A DNA stretch of 64,000 nt from Raillietiella orientalis (lineage: Eukaryota): positions 1,860,001 to 1,924,000 of the forward strand of contig JAYWIR010000003.1 of assembly GCA_036172245.1 (NCBI GenBank), in the 5' to 3' direction. This document shows positions 13,062 to 25,449 of this stretch, piece after piece (position 1 is the stretch's first letter; each line of letters opens with the position of its first letter). Made by a program: the position numbers and the translations under genes. A model generated the notes under the pieces. The model was not told where the DNA came from. It did no database searches and worked only from the letters and a program-made list of their open reading frames with translations.

Positions 13062-13580
13062 GAAAGGGGCGTTCATTCATTGCGAACAAACATGTACAGA
13101 ATCTGTGGCTGGACCAATGGTCTAGCCACGCGCAATATTACGGAAGCCCGCCGGGTCACCGGTTCGCAGAACGAGATGGTCCGCCACGGTAGCAGAGGGA
13201 AGGGGACGAACAAAAAGAAAAACAAAAATAAAAACATATATAACAAAAACTTTTGGGAGGAGGAGGGGGTTATGGAATGGATCACAGTCTGTTGGGGTGG
13301 GCCGTTACATTCTCTGTAGGATGTCGGCAAGCTCTTCCTGTATATCAATTTCCAGGGGGGGGCATCGCGGCCATTCCTCAGGAAGCAGACGTCAAGTATG
13401 ACGGCATCCCTGTCTCCTGGTCCTCTCGTGGAGTTGCTTCACGCAGCGACGATCCCGCGTAGGCAGCACAAGGCTGCTAGCGAGGCCGCTGGCCGAAGGG
13501 CGTCGCGAAAGAAGAGGGGTCTAAGAACGTCCCTAGGGTTGCCTCAGGGGATACCTAGGGTCGCGGCAAAGAGGCCCTGG
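13062..13580 (-). mobile_element. Short LINE 3' fragment
   Basis: PRDVLRPLFFRDALRPAASLAALCCLRGIVAA*...RDAV..CFLR..EELADILQRM*, then T-rich 3'UTR and a partial terminal motif AATGAACGCCCC. Confidence 0.85.
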
Positions 13581-14322
13581 GTATCCCTCGGCCTTCTTGG
13601 CTGCTTTGGCGGACTGCCGTAGCATGGTGGTCAGCTCCTCTGCTGCTTTGGCGAAGGCCGCGTCCTCGTGGTTCTCCCCCTTGCCTCAAACTTCGCTGGC
13701 TGTTTTCACCGTCACGGAGCTGTCGGCGTTGCTGCACACGGCAACGTCCATTTTGCACGGCTTCGCGGCGACGGGAATGCGCTTCAGGTTAAGCGTCCAT
13801 TTTTTTCGTTTTGAAATCGCGTTTTTAGCGGTTTCTTTGGAGGTCGATTTATTTTTTTCTCTTATTTTTCTTTTTGTAGCTGACCACTTGCCGGCCAGGC
13901 CCCATTGCTTCCACTTTGGAAGCCTGCGTTTCCACAGGCGAAGTGGTCAACGTGGCCTTTTCAGCTGGCTTCAGGTCATCCTTTCTATCGTTCTTTGACC
14001 TGGCTTTGCCAGGTTTTTTTTTCCACGTCCGCTCTTGTTTTGCTGCTCCTAACATGCGGAACTTTTGGGGGGCACACTTCTTCGGTGTGTATCGCACTGG
14101 CGGCATGCGATGCTGGGGCATCTTTTTTTGAGGTGCCTCGTGGCCTCACAATTGCCTCAGTACTTGGGCTTTCCCAAGTACCAGAGGTTGATGGGTTCTC
14201 CACCGACCACCACTTTATGGGGAAACGCTGCATCAAAGAACTGGTGATTCCTCCCCTTTGCGTGGACGCCAACGTGTTCCCGCTCCTGTGGAAACAGGAC
14301 GTCCTGCTGTCTCTGCACCGAA

Positions 14323-15605
14323 GATTCCAGTGCAATCAGCGCAGACACATGGTTTCCGGGGGAGTTGCCTCCCCGAACAGTTCAAAATACGGGAAGATGG
14401 CATCGCTCCCGCACCTCCTGTTGGACGGCAGTGCCCTCGAGGACTTGTGCGGCAGACCTCGGCCTCGGCGCTCCGACAACCGCAGCACCGGTTTGGACTC
14501 TTTGGACCGGTTGCGACGCTTCTTCGCAGAAAGCGGACTGCAGAAGGGCGCTGTGATTTCACACCCGGGTGCGCGGGGCGTTCATTCTCTTGCAGGAATC
14601 GATGGAGCCGATGGCCCACCAATTCCAATTATTACAACTAAGGGGAGGCCAGCGCGATCCATCACGTCCACGAAGGGGAAGAGGGATAAAACTAACAAAA
14701 AAAAGATTGGTTGGGGGGGAGGGAAGGGATCACATTTGGTGGTGGGTGAGACCTCTGCATCCGTTGAAGGATGCTGGCGAGCTCCTCCTTCTCCCTTTCC
14801 AGGTGGGGCCACCTCAAAGCTATCTGCAGGAAGCGGATGGCGTGCAGGGCAGCCACCCCGTCTCTCCGGCCTCTCTCGGCGTCGCACTTGGCCGCGACGC
14901 CATCGCGCACGCAGCACAGCGCTGCGATGGCGTCTGCGGGCGTCATGGCGTCCCGCACGAACAGGGGTCTCAAGGAGTCTCTGGGATCGCCCACGGAGTA
15001 GGAAAGGGACGCGGAGAGACGTTCCCACAAGTCCCGGAGGGCGACGCACTGCACTATGAGGTGGGGAAATGTCTCCTCTCCACAGCTGGCACACACTTCG
15101 GCGATGCGCTTCCGCTCGTCCAGTGGTGCTGGCGCGCATTGCACGGGAGACTCCAGTGCAGTATCAGCAGCGCCGATTGCTGCCACTTGAGGGGAAGAAG
15201 CTTCCTGTCTAGAAACACGAGGGACACTTCCGACTCTTCGGACCGAATGGAGAAGAGTTCGCCTCGATGTTCCAGTCCACTGGAGACGGTTCTTGCTGTT
15301 GTTGCGTAAGCCACGAGTCGCTGTGATGGCAAGGAGATGTTGCATCTGCGCCATCGTGGCAGTCGGCCATGTGTTAGAATCAAGGTTCGTGGCGAAGAGA
15401 GGTCACCGGAACGGTCCAGACCTCATGAGGGCAGCAGCAAGGTGGCTTCATCTGCCAGAAGAAGCCTCCAGGGAGATCGCCGCCATCCACAACCGCTTCT
15501 AGAAATTGAGGAACATCAAATGCCAAAGACCCCTGCCCCTCCCTTCTGCCTTTTCTTATTTATTTATTGTCCTCTCCCTCCGTTCCCTACTTTTCGGAAG
15601 CTGAC
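14323..15605 (+). repeat. 1283-bp direct duplication, copy 2
   Basis: Identical ORF translations, e.g. 3549..4211 vs 14692..15354. Same offset of 11143. Confidence 0.95.
14558..15318 (-). mobile_element. Second copy of the 761-bp LINE 3' insertion (inside the duplicated block)
   Basis: Nearly identical to 3415-4175. TSD CGCTGTGAT at 14549-14557 and 15319-15327. Confidence 0.9.
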
Positions 15606-16183
15606 TGCCTATTCGGGTGCGGCACTGCTGGAAGCTGGAAACCTCCGGATTCCCTTGCTGACTGGCCGGAATTTTAGAACATGATCCCCTGGAGTCCTTC
15701 TAGCAATCAAGAAGCCTTGGGGTTACCCCCTCCGGTTGAGAAGATGGAGGCGTTCCCCATGGAGCTGGTTGATACGCCATTCGGACGGGGGCTGCGTCTA
15801 CAGTGTCAGAAGCGCTATTCCCTTCGGGGAGCACCCTACGGAGAGGAAAGTGTCTTTTCGAGTTCTCTTCAGAGGAGGAAGAAACAAGGAGCTGATCCCT
15901 TCCGGGATTCCCTCCGGAGAGGGAATGAGCGGGTTCCTTCAGGCGGTCTCTCTGAAGAGAACAAGGGATCGCTTCGTAGACAACCAGGGTGGAAGGTTAC
16001 CCTACAAAGCGTAGGAGGAACGAGCTCTTTCTTTTGAAGCCTTCCTGAATTGATAGGGTGGTCACTGCGGTGTACTCTCTATGAGTCGAACGAAGAGTCA
16101 CGCCATGGCGTGGTTGGTGGTGTCAAAGAGCAAAGCGCCGGTCCCTCTGAGGAGACGGACCGGCACTTTGCGAACCAAAAAAA
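15603..16183 (+). mobile_element. SINE-like element, headless copy with A-tail
   Basis: Body homologous to the 17480-17770 and 30206-30766 copies. Ends CACTTTGCGAACCAAAAAAA. Confidence 0.72.
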
Positions 16184-17479
16184 GATGAAGTTTGCTGCAA
16201 AGCAGGGAGCAGTTCCGGGATAATCTGGACCTTCCATAGCATGATTGCGTTCCGTTTTCGATGCCTACAAAACACAAGCCGGCGGAGGTGGGACGGGATA
16301 CGCAGATGGACGACAGATGATCTCATCTGTTCCGAGACTTGCGGCAGGGTTGATTCGAGACATCCCCTTTCTTGCAGATTTGCCCGGGGCCGCCTTCCAT
16401 CCGCGCAGCTTCGAAGCCGAAGGAACCGGGACGAGGTGGCTCCGCCCTGTCCAGGGGGAAGGAGCTGCGACTTGAGCCCGCCATGCTTCTACGCCGATCT
16501 GTGAACGGTTGTTCCTTCCAGCATCACTCGTGCGGATGCTGGAGCGCATCGACCCCAACGGAGGAGCGAGGCTGAGACGTTTGTTCCCCTCGCGGGGATG
16601 CACGGCGCCTCCCGCCACGCCAGCGGCGAAACTCGACCGCTCCTGCCCCGTGACCCCCTTCGGAGTTTTCGAACCAAACCGGAAGTTTGCATCGAGGACG
16701 GGGTCGGCCCCGGTCACGCGCCGGTGGAGCACGGAGACCTCTCTCCAGCTTCACTGCGCTGGTCAGGTGGGAGAGAGAGGGCAGGTTTTTCCTCCTTCCC
16801 TCCCAGCAGCTCGATTGAGACACCCTTTGCTGCCTACTGATACAGAGGGCAACCGAGGCAGCTTTTGGGGTGGTTGCTCTTCCACGAGCTTCGAGTCGAC
16901 GGTGGCGAATGTCGCCCCATCTTGAGCGGATCCAAGCGTTCCCCCTCACAACGGCCGCCCAAACCACGAGGCCATCCCGACCCGACCAAGACCGTCCGGG
17001 AGGTAAGTAAGGGCAACCCCGAATCCCACGACGGTGGCGCCGAAGAGAATGGGATCCTTCCCAGACCTCAGAATCCGAGCCTTTGCCGCCACGTTGAACC
17101 ATTGCAGCCGGGTTCGTCGGCGTTGCAGTCCCCAACACGCGTCTCCTCCCTGCGAAACCTCAGAAAGCTGTCTGCTGACGCATCCGCTAGCAAAATTGCG
17201 GCCTTGGGCCGAGAGGAAAGGGAACTCCTCCCTCTCTAGGGAATCTTCCATTCGGAACCGTTCCTCTAATCCCTACGGTCCCGTGGCAAGGACATTCCTA
17301 AATCTCGCATGGAACGCCGGATTCTTGCGCTCCCTTCGGGGAGGTTCAAAGATGAATTCTGAATGTCCCGGTGATTCGGATGCCTGCATCTTCGAGATGA
17401 TCCCGTAAGAAGTTCTGAAGGCACTTGAAAGGGTCGTGAAGTTGAATCCCACCTTCCGGGATGACCGAATGATCTGACG

Positions 17480-17910
17480 GATGTAGAACTCTCCTCCTAA
17501 GAGAACCCTGAAGAGATGCTTTCTCAATTCTCTGGAGGGCGCTCCCCAGTGGGAGGAGCGCGCTTCTTGCACTCTGGGAAGAGCAACAGCCCTCCTGAGG
17601 GGGGTATCAATCAGCTCCATTTTCACAGCGGAGAGGAACCCTGAAAGACTCCTTCTTCATGTCCTGGAAGGACCCCGGACCGTCAGCTTCCAAATCCCGG
17701 CCAGTCAGCGGAGGCATCCGGAGGTTGCCTGCTTCCAGCAGTTTCGCACCCGAATAAGCCACCAGCGTTATCTTGCTGAGAGGGAGAGGGAACTCGGAAC
17801 CCACGACGCACTCCCCATTTCTCTATCCTTCCCCTTCGGACGGGATTGGAACCCGCGACGCTCGTTGCCGAGCGCGGAGACCTCAGTCACATGACTGCCA
17901 ACACGCGGAA
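17480..17910 (-). mobile_element. SINE-like element, 5' part
   Basis: B-box-like GCGGGTTCCAATCCC (17842-17856), then body GCTTATTCGGGTGCG..CTGCTGGAAGC..CTGACTGGCCGG shared with the 15603 copy. Confidence 0.72.
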
Positions 17911-18211
17911 ACGCCAACGCCCCGACCGACCGCTCCAGGCAAAACGTCTACACCATCCGGTTCGCCGTCGCCGTCCCGAGAGGCCCTCAGGAAACCGGCC
18001 CCGTGGTAGCCCAGCCCGGTTTCAAAGATCTGGGACGAGATCGGCATCCCGGCGGGTCGTATCGTCCTGAACCAGCTGGATTTGTTTGGAGCCCTCCATG
18101 GAGTGGGCGGAGTAGCAGGTGAAGCGCAAACGCACGTGCAGGGGGACTCTTTTATCTTCTACCAGTCCCATCCCTTTGCCACTTTCAAGAGGTCCTCTCT
18201 CGGATGGCTCA

Positions 18212-18729
18212 GAGGCCCCGACTTACCCCTATGAGTGGCACCGGAACGTCGGAGCCTTCGACGGCACAGACAGGAACGCCATACCCGCCTGGAAGCGCGG
18301 GATCACGGGACGCGGAGTGGTGGTCACCGTTCTGCGTGAGGGCATCCAGAGGGGCTGCCCGAACGGGCCCTCCTTTCCCGGAACACTGTTGAGAGCAGAC
18401 ACGGGACAGTGCTGCACCAGCGAGATCGAGGCGCATTCCGTGCCTTGCGTTGTTGTCACAACGCCTGGTGCTGGCGCCGGGGTGGCGAGCGACTCCAGCA
18501 CCGAGTCCGTCAGCGACTCGGTGGAGGCCGACTCCAGGAGCCACAACCCTGACCACACGGGAATTTGCAGCGTTTCTTGGGGGCTGTAAACGGGTCAGAT
18601 CCACTAGTGCAGAAGGCCTCCATCAACGGGACCGCCAGGAACCGCCGTGAAGATCGGCTCCATCTTCGCCCGGACCTCGGCAGACAACGGCGGCAGGCAC
18701 TAGGACTCCTGCAGCCGCAACGGCTACAA
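18212..18729 (+). pseudogene. Decayed furin/proprotein-convertase (S8B) catalytic-domain fragment
   Basis: Motifs in order: PTYPYEWH..GAFDGTDRNAIPAWKRGITGRGVVVTVLREGI (ILDDGI motif decayed), RHGT at ~18397-18408 in a shifted frame, CTSEIEA, GAGVA, VSDSVEADSRSHNPDHTGICSVSWG, VNGSDPLVQKASING, GSIFARTSADNGGRH*DSCSRNGY. Frameshifts, a stop and an internal deletion are present. Confidence 0.85.
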
Positions 18730-21700
18730 GGGATCTTCCAGGGATGCAGAATTACTGCAGGCAGCTAGGGGAAGAGGTCATTTTTCTTCATCCAGGAATA
18801 CCCCATTAATGTTTCAGCATGAAACTGGGAACAATTCTTCTTCGTGGAACGCAGGGCATTCAGTGAGGTTCCGACTGGAAAGAAAGAAGTCCCTCGAGCA
18901 ACAGTCCAGTGCGGAAGCGGCTTCAGGAAAGGACCAACGAATGTCTCCGTGTAGCCGGAAGACATTAATGTCTCTGCTTTGCCACTCAGGATGCCTTCGT
19001 GGTAGTACGTCGGGAGTTCATTCCGAGTTCCTGGTGGTAGGTCGCTCCTCCATGTCGTTGCGCCAGCCGCTAGCGATTAATCCGCGCGCACTCGTGATCG
19101 GTGAGCAGGCAGCATCTTGCGGACGCCCAGCCAGGGAAGAGACGCATAGCAGGATGACGACAGCCGTACCGTTTCGACGGATCCTATCGCTTTCCGAGGA
19201 CGGCGTCCTTTCACACTCGAGTTCGAGAGGACTCTGTCCTGCATCTTTCGTGCAGCTGTATCCAGGGAACCGAGGATGGTTTGGTCCTGCCCTGCCCTTA
19301 GCACAAATCCACGACGGGCTGGAGCGAGCCAACGGACACTTTCAGGGGTTGAGGAGCGAGCTCGAGAGGATGGCAGCATCCCTGCAGCTGGTTTCGTATA
19401 ATCAACGATGGTGTTGCGCCTGCAGCCAGCCTTGTAGGGAGAGAGAACCCACTGTACTCTTCATGATGAACGGAATCGTCTCGGGGGCCGCCGATCTTCT
19501 TCGTGAGGGAGAGGCATTCCAATAGGATGCTGAAGGAATCTTCAGGCTCCTATACCTCTCCTCCCAATCCGCAAAGAAATTTCATCCCAGGAAAACCCGA
19601 CGTTTCTGGCGTAGTAAAGCCACTTTTGCTGTGGAAGCTGGAAGTTGGGAAATCCGCCGCGCCTTTAGCTGCAAATTTTCTATCCCCATCAAGCGGTTTT
19701 CGAACGAAACTGAGCGGTGGTTTAATCAGGGCTGCCACAGCCAATCTTTTTTTTTTTTTTTTTCCTTCTCCTTCCTCATGTTTGGTGCATCCATCACGAG
19801 CATTATGGTGTTATCTTCTACTTGGGAACTTTCGTTCACCCCCCGCTCCGTAAGTGAAAAGCTTCGGAACCCGGTGCGGCCAGCTGCTCTGCTTGTGGTG
19901 GACGATAACAGGGGATTCAGCAGTGCGCCAGCAGAATTCGGAACACCCTATAAATCGTGGTTCCCGACCAAAAAGGTTCGCATCCTGTTGGATGCTGGAA
20001 TTTCGTTCCCGTCACGCCGACGCCACAATAAAATAAATACAAAAAGTTACCAGTGATTGTGCACACAAGAAGGGGCGCAATATTCTCCGCAACTGAAGGT
20101 CAGGGGGCCATCTCCGTCTGTGAGTACCCTGGCCAAGTCGACAATCCTCCAGCACGAGGCTGCCAAGTTCTTCTCGCCTTTCGGCTTTTTCGACTCGCTC
20201 CCGAATGCCGTTTTCGAACTGGGTCGGCGGGCAAAAATCAGCACCGTGGCGGTCACCCACTCGTGGGGACCTCGGTCGTGGGTTGCGAACCAGATGAGGG
20301 CGGCGGCGAATCGGGGACGGCGTTTTCAACGGGGGGCGGCAGCACGCTCGCGGGAGGCGTCGGAAGCGACTTTTCAAGAGCGTCTTCCGGATTTGTCTTT
20401 GGGCACCGGGAAGCGCTTTTTCGAGCCTACGATCGTTTTGCTTTGCGTCTTCACCACCGGAGCACCGCGCTCGCGAAGAGGAGACATCGATCAAAATGTG
20501 TCTGCATGAAACGACAGTGGGAGCTGAGACGGCGCGAGGAATGTGGCTTGAACACACACGTTGCCTGTTAACCGAAATGGCGTGTGTGAGTGTTACAATT
20601 CCTTCTTCGAAGGATTCGTTATTTATTTTTTTTTTCTTCCATCCCTGTTTACTGAATCTGCATGATTCCGTTCTTTCGCACGAGCCAGCATCTGTTTCGA
20701 GAAAACAATCCATCTTCTCCCGAGAGCAATCATTTATTCATCAAAAACGCGAGGCACTTCAATCTGAGTTACGATCTGAAAGCTCCTTAGTCAGCTTATG
20801 ATGATGGATGACTTATTATTTTATGATGCACATCATTAGAATGGCTTGCTTGTAGATGGAAGTACCGCAGGCTAATCAGATTGTAGCTGGTAAAACGGAG
20901 CGTTCGGGAATAACGCATGATCTGATGCCAACTGGATAGGAAAGTGAAAAGCAAAAGATAATAATAATGATAATAAAACACATGTTCAAAATGAAGAAAT
21001 TTTCGGTGTATCCCACAACTAGTGTCTGTGTGAAAATCGTAGAATTAATTTTCACTTTGGTTGCTTGCATATTCATCTCTTTTGCTTCCTTTGTGATTTG
21101 GGTAAGTCGCGCATCATACGGAAAGTGAGATGTGGATCCCATCTTTGTGTATTTGCATCTTGTAGGGCCTCAGGGGTGCAGTTTTTCAGATTCGGTTGGT
21201 CCTTTCCCGACCCCCGTCCGAAACTCCGCTTGGACCTCGCCCAAAGTGGCCGCGTGTCACTTCTGCAAGTCCGAGATCGCGATCGCAAGACCGAATAGCA
21301 CCACGTTCGCAAAACACGATCGTAACCATAGGAACACATGTGTTCGTCTGCGCGTGTCCTTCTGAAAAAGAGCTTTGGCAGCTTTTTGGGGGGATGCGGT
21401 CCTGGAATGCCACTTTGGGATATCCTCCGTTCCAAGGTACTTTCGATGTTTTCTTGATTGCAGATGAGGATGCCTTGAGATCTCGAGGTGAGTAGTGTGA
21501 CATTGGCAGTTGTCGATTTTCCGGCAAGCTCTTTGGAGATTATCAGTGTCGAGGAGGCTGTGTGAACCAGGTCGTGGGATTCAGAGTTTTCGGAAATTTG
21601 ACCCACTCGCCACTCGGAGAAAGTTGAGTAGCTTCAAATGCAAAAGGAAGAACCGTGGGCATCCTCAAAATCAATCTGCAAGTCATGCATTCACGGTGGA

Positions 21701-23997
21701 TGGTGCATGCGAATGTTCGGTGATTTGGGAAGACAGGGTTTCTTGGAATCGTGGACCGAATGTAAGCCGTCATGCTTATCACTGGTGGCAAAGGAGGCAT
21801 AGTGCAGAGTGTTGATGGCCGTGGAGCTGTCACTCTCGCCAGCCTACGCCCAGAACGTGAAGGCAGTATGGGCAGTCAGTGGGGCAACAAATCACACCGC
21901 ATCGTGCCAGTATAATAAAGCCACTGTTTGGGTAACTTTTTCTCCCCATAATTCGCTATCTCGAGATCTTTTGCTCCATCACGTGGTGATGAAGCAAGGG
22001 ACCTTTTCAAGATGCTTAAAAGCATTCAGAATGAGGATGATTTCCTCCTCAAACAGACAGCGTTTGCTCAAGATAGGCTGACGATTCCGGCAACCTAGCG
22101 TGTGGCATGGAAACGAAGATAATCTCTTGCAGAACATGCTCGATTGCGGCCTGCAGATAACTGTGGTGAAAGTGTGCTCCGTGGGATGTACAGCAAAGCT
22201 ACCAAGGGAGCTGATTTTGGGGGTGCCGACTTGAAGGATGCCTTCAGACAACAACTCCGTCGCTTCTGAAGTCGCCCTGGCATGGGCATCGCTGTTGAAC
22301 GAGAAGAATGTGGAATCCCATCGTTGGATGCCCCTACTTCCATGGTAACATTGCAACCCGATTCTTCCCCCGCTCTCTTGTTTGAAGATAGGTCCCCCTT
22401 CCTTGATTAACGGAGATTCTCAATTACTCTCCGAGAAACTGCTACTGTAAGTAGTCTGCCTTCAGAATTTGCGAATACCACGGATCGCATTCTTTATCTG
22501 CGCACCCCTCCTGTGGGCCTATCTGTGCGGCGCGCGAACCTCGGGACGAGAGAGGAGATGGCACGGGTTTTCCGAAAGAATGAGACGAACAGCTCGCCGC
22601 TCAACGAGAAGATAGGCGAACGTCTGCTGGAGCCACAGCAGCAGTGGCGCAGTCTTTGTCATGATAAGTGCTTGGCGATTTTCGATTTCCCCAGGATGAC
22701 GTCGGCGGAGCGAAATCGCGGACGCTTCCGCGAACGGCCGCCGGGTCCCTGAACCCGACTGCTCCGCGGCGAATCCCAAACTCTCTCTATTTTTGTGCGT
22801 TTCCGCTCTTCTTAGGGGAATTCCTTTTCGTTATTGACTGCTCACTAAGACTGGGGCATCAGCCACTTATGAAAGGGATTGTCATCTCGTGTCGGGCGTT
22901 GACTCGAGAGATAAGCACGTCAAGTGCGACGGAAACCGCTACAGCATGGGAACTCGGTGAAGCTCCTAGAAGGCCCTTACGTCAGGAAAGGACTCCGAAT
23001 CACCGTGAAGATGCGGCAGTCGAAGTTCTTGACTGAGATCACAGCACCGGTCGATGTCCATCAGCGTCCTTTGGGAAACCGGAACGTAAATCTACAAGAA
23101 AATGACGTGAATGCCAACGACTGTCAAACAGCGTGGTCATTCATACGCGACGAGTCCTCGCCTACAAAAGATCAACAGGGGAGAAGATGATCGAAGATGA
23201 GGCGACGCGCCAGCTTTGGCAAGACCAAGGCACTCAGTGGTCCAGGACGAACCCCCAGATAGATAGATAACATTAGCATCCCGGAAGAGGCCACTCCATC
23301 TGAAGCGATGCGGACCACGAGATGCAGGCTAGGCAACGCCGCCCTCGACCCACTGGCGAACCTCCTTGAAGCAGGACCTTCAGGACTGCCTCCTGATGTT
23401 CTACCACGGAGGCATCTTCTGCAGCACGAGGCTACAATGCTGACCCGACGGCGACCAGTGTCGAGTGCGAGTCGACCGAGGACGACCTACACATCTACTC
23501 CTGCCGAACCCTTGTCCCGGGCTGGAGAGTGACTAGACGGGCGATAGAGATGGATGACACTCCGAAGATGAAGATCATGCGAGGACTTTTCAAGAGAGAA
23601 CACGCCTGGAGCGCCCCACTGCAACCCTACCGTGCGCGTGATCGTGGCCTTCTTCCTGAGGCGCATCCTCATCAGAAGAACTAAAATGAGGAAAGGATGC
23701 GTGTGCAACGCCCGGGACATCTTGCAAGGACTCCCCAAAAAGGAGATAAAACATCCGGGCTTGCGGAAGAGTGCCATCTTGGACTCTTTGGCACTTCCTG
23801 AGAACATTAAACTGCGCAGCCAGCACGGTGCAGTGTCGTGCCCTCGAGAGATGCTGTGATATGCGAGCGACCCCAACCGTCGCGAAACTGACAGTGTGTG
23901 TTTGTTTGTGTGCTTTCCTTTCGCGTTGAGTTTCAATGAATTCGACCCCACCTCGACTCTGGACGGGGACAGAAGGGCACCGTCGAATGGTAGGGTT

Positions 23998-24148
23998 GAG
24001 GTTCCTACTGGAAAGAAAGAAGTCCCCCGAGCAACAGTCCAGTGCGAAAGCCACTTCGGAAAAGGACCAACGAATGTCAGGAGGGGTCTCGCGTCGAATC
24101 GCCGTGAAGATGAGGCAGTCGAAGCTTCTGACTGAGATCGCACCGGCT
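23998..24148 (+). repeat. Unclassified dispersed repeat (partial copies at 18866-18945 and 22980-23050)
   Basis: GAGGTTCC.ACTGGAAAGAAAGAAGTCCC.CGAGCAACAGTCCAGTGCG..AAAGGACCAACGAATGTC is shared with 18866. GAATC.CCGTGAAGATG.GGCAGTCGAAG..CT.GACTGAGATC is shared with 22980. Confidence 0.8.
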
Positions 24149-24699
24149 ATTCCGTGAACTTCGGTCCCAACATCACGTGTGCATCCTCTGACCTTGCGGT
24201 TGCCAAGCGAATCAGTGGTGTGCACCGTGCCCTTCCCTGAAGAGTTCCACCTTGTCGTACAACGTTCCCTTGAGTAGAACGGCACCATCATAACTTCGGG
24301 GTCACCTGCATCTTGCGCTAGCGTGCGCAGGATGCATTCTTCTGTGTTTCGGACGGGACATCAGTCCGGGAAAAATCTGTTGCCACGGAGAAAAGACAAC
24401 AAATTTTGAGCTCTCGTATTGTAGCTTAACAGCACGTCGGAGCAATTCTACAGAGAGGCACCGCTTCTTGCATTGGAAAGAGAAAGAGCAAAGAGCTGAA
24501 TGTTAAATACACAGAGGTGATCTGTTTTTGGAACGACTTTCCGCTCTCTTGAGTACCACATCTTTGCTGCTCCTTCAGCGGAAGTAACGACGTCGGCTGC
24601 CACCCCGCGAGCTTGATTTACGGGATTTACGTCCCTACATTCCCGAGTCTTATTACCCCATTCCCCCTTGCTTGTACGGACAATGAGAGTTCCTCTTTG

Positions 24700-25400
24700 T
24701 ATGGAGTGTAGGGTGAGAAGGAATGGCGCCAAGCGTCGCGGGTTCGAATACTCGGAAAGAATCGACACCGAGAGAGTAGGGGTGCGTCGTGGCTTCCAGT
24801 TCCTCCCGCGAGATGACGCTGGTTGGCCTCCATTCATTCGGGTGCTGCACCGGTAGCTGTTCAAACTGGATGCCCCCCGATAAGTGGATGGGGACAATGG
24901 GAGTCGACCTTCGGGTCCTTCCAGGAATCAAGGAGTGGAGAGTTTCCTCTCCAGCTATGCAAAGGAGAGCGGAACCCCCAGTGTGGGGGATCCGCGTCGT
25001 ACTGATGGAGTAGGTGTGTCGCGATCTCTTCAGAGAGTGCAAAGAAGCGTTCTGTTCCCTTCGGAGAAGCAGGACCCTTCTGAATTTCTGAAGCGTCCCT
25101 TCGGGGTTCTCTTCCATGGAGAAAACCAGGAGAGGTTCCTTTGCGGGTTCCCTCTAGAGAAGAAATTCCAAGAACGGATCCTTTCCGGGTTTCCTTTGGA
25201 GAAGAAAAATGAGACGGACTCCTCCAGGGTCCCTCCGGAGAGAATAAGGAAGAGGAGATTCCCTTCGGAGACAACCAGGGTAAAGAGGTTCCCTTCGAGG
25301 ATCCCTCCTCTGGCGAGAGAAACGGACTCCGAGCCCTTCCTGGATTCACAGGGCGGGCCCCCTTCCCGGGCACCTCCTATCTTGAAGAATTCTGGACGCT
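24700..25400 (+). mobile_element. SINE-like element with internal ~40-nt degenerate repeats
   Basis: GCGGGTTCGAATAC B-box (24738-24751), GTGCGTCGTGG..GATGACGCTGG body, repeated CCTTNCGGGTTNCCT..GAGAAGAAA units. Confidence 0.7.
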
Positions 25401-25449
25401 CGGAAACGGGAGGAACAGTGTCTTCAGGTTCTGTCTTCCGTTCTTAGAG

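Larger units (their letters stand above)
14130..15605 (+). mobile_element. Older + strand LINE 3' remnant, second copy, extending further 5'
   Basis: PPLCVDANVFPLLWKQDVLLSLHRRFQCNQRRH... is homologous to the family zf-RVT-proximal region. Interrupted by 14558-15318 and ends at a SINE junction at 15605. The 5' boundary is approximate. Confidence 0.7.

Noticed and set aside
13905..15059. 384-aa ORF, the longest in the track
   Set aside because: It is a chimera of a decayed LINE frame read into the antisense strand of a nested insert, not a gene.
16190..17250. Possible LINE ORF1 (gag-like) remnants here and at ~1850-2300 and ~29600-30080
   Set aside because: Only faint resemblance (e.g. LTYTGRQC..HC) and no intact zinc knuckle. 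Cannot be supported without a profile search.
19000..22750. Candidate minus-strand multi-exon gene
   Set aside because: Several splice-like signals, but no unique phase-consistent model and no recognisable protein.
25080..25320. Short spaced repeats resembling a CRISPR array
   Set aside because: The units are degenerate, lack unique constant-length spacers, lie within the SINE body, and the context is eukaryotic with no cas genes.
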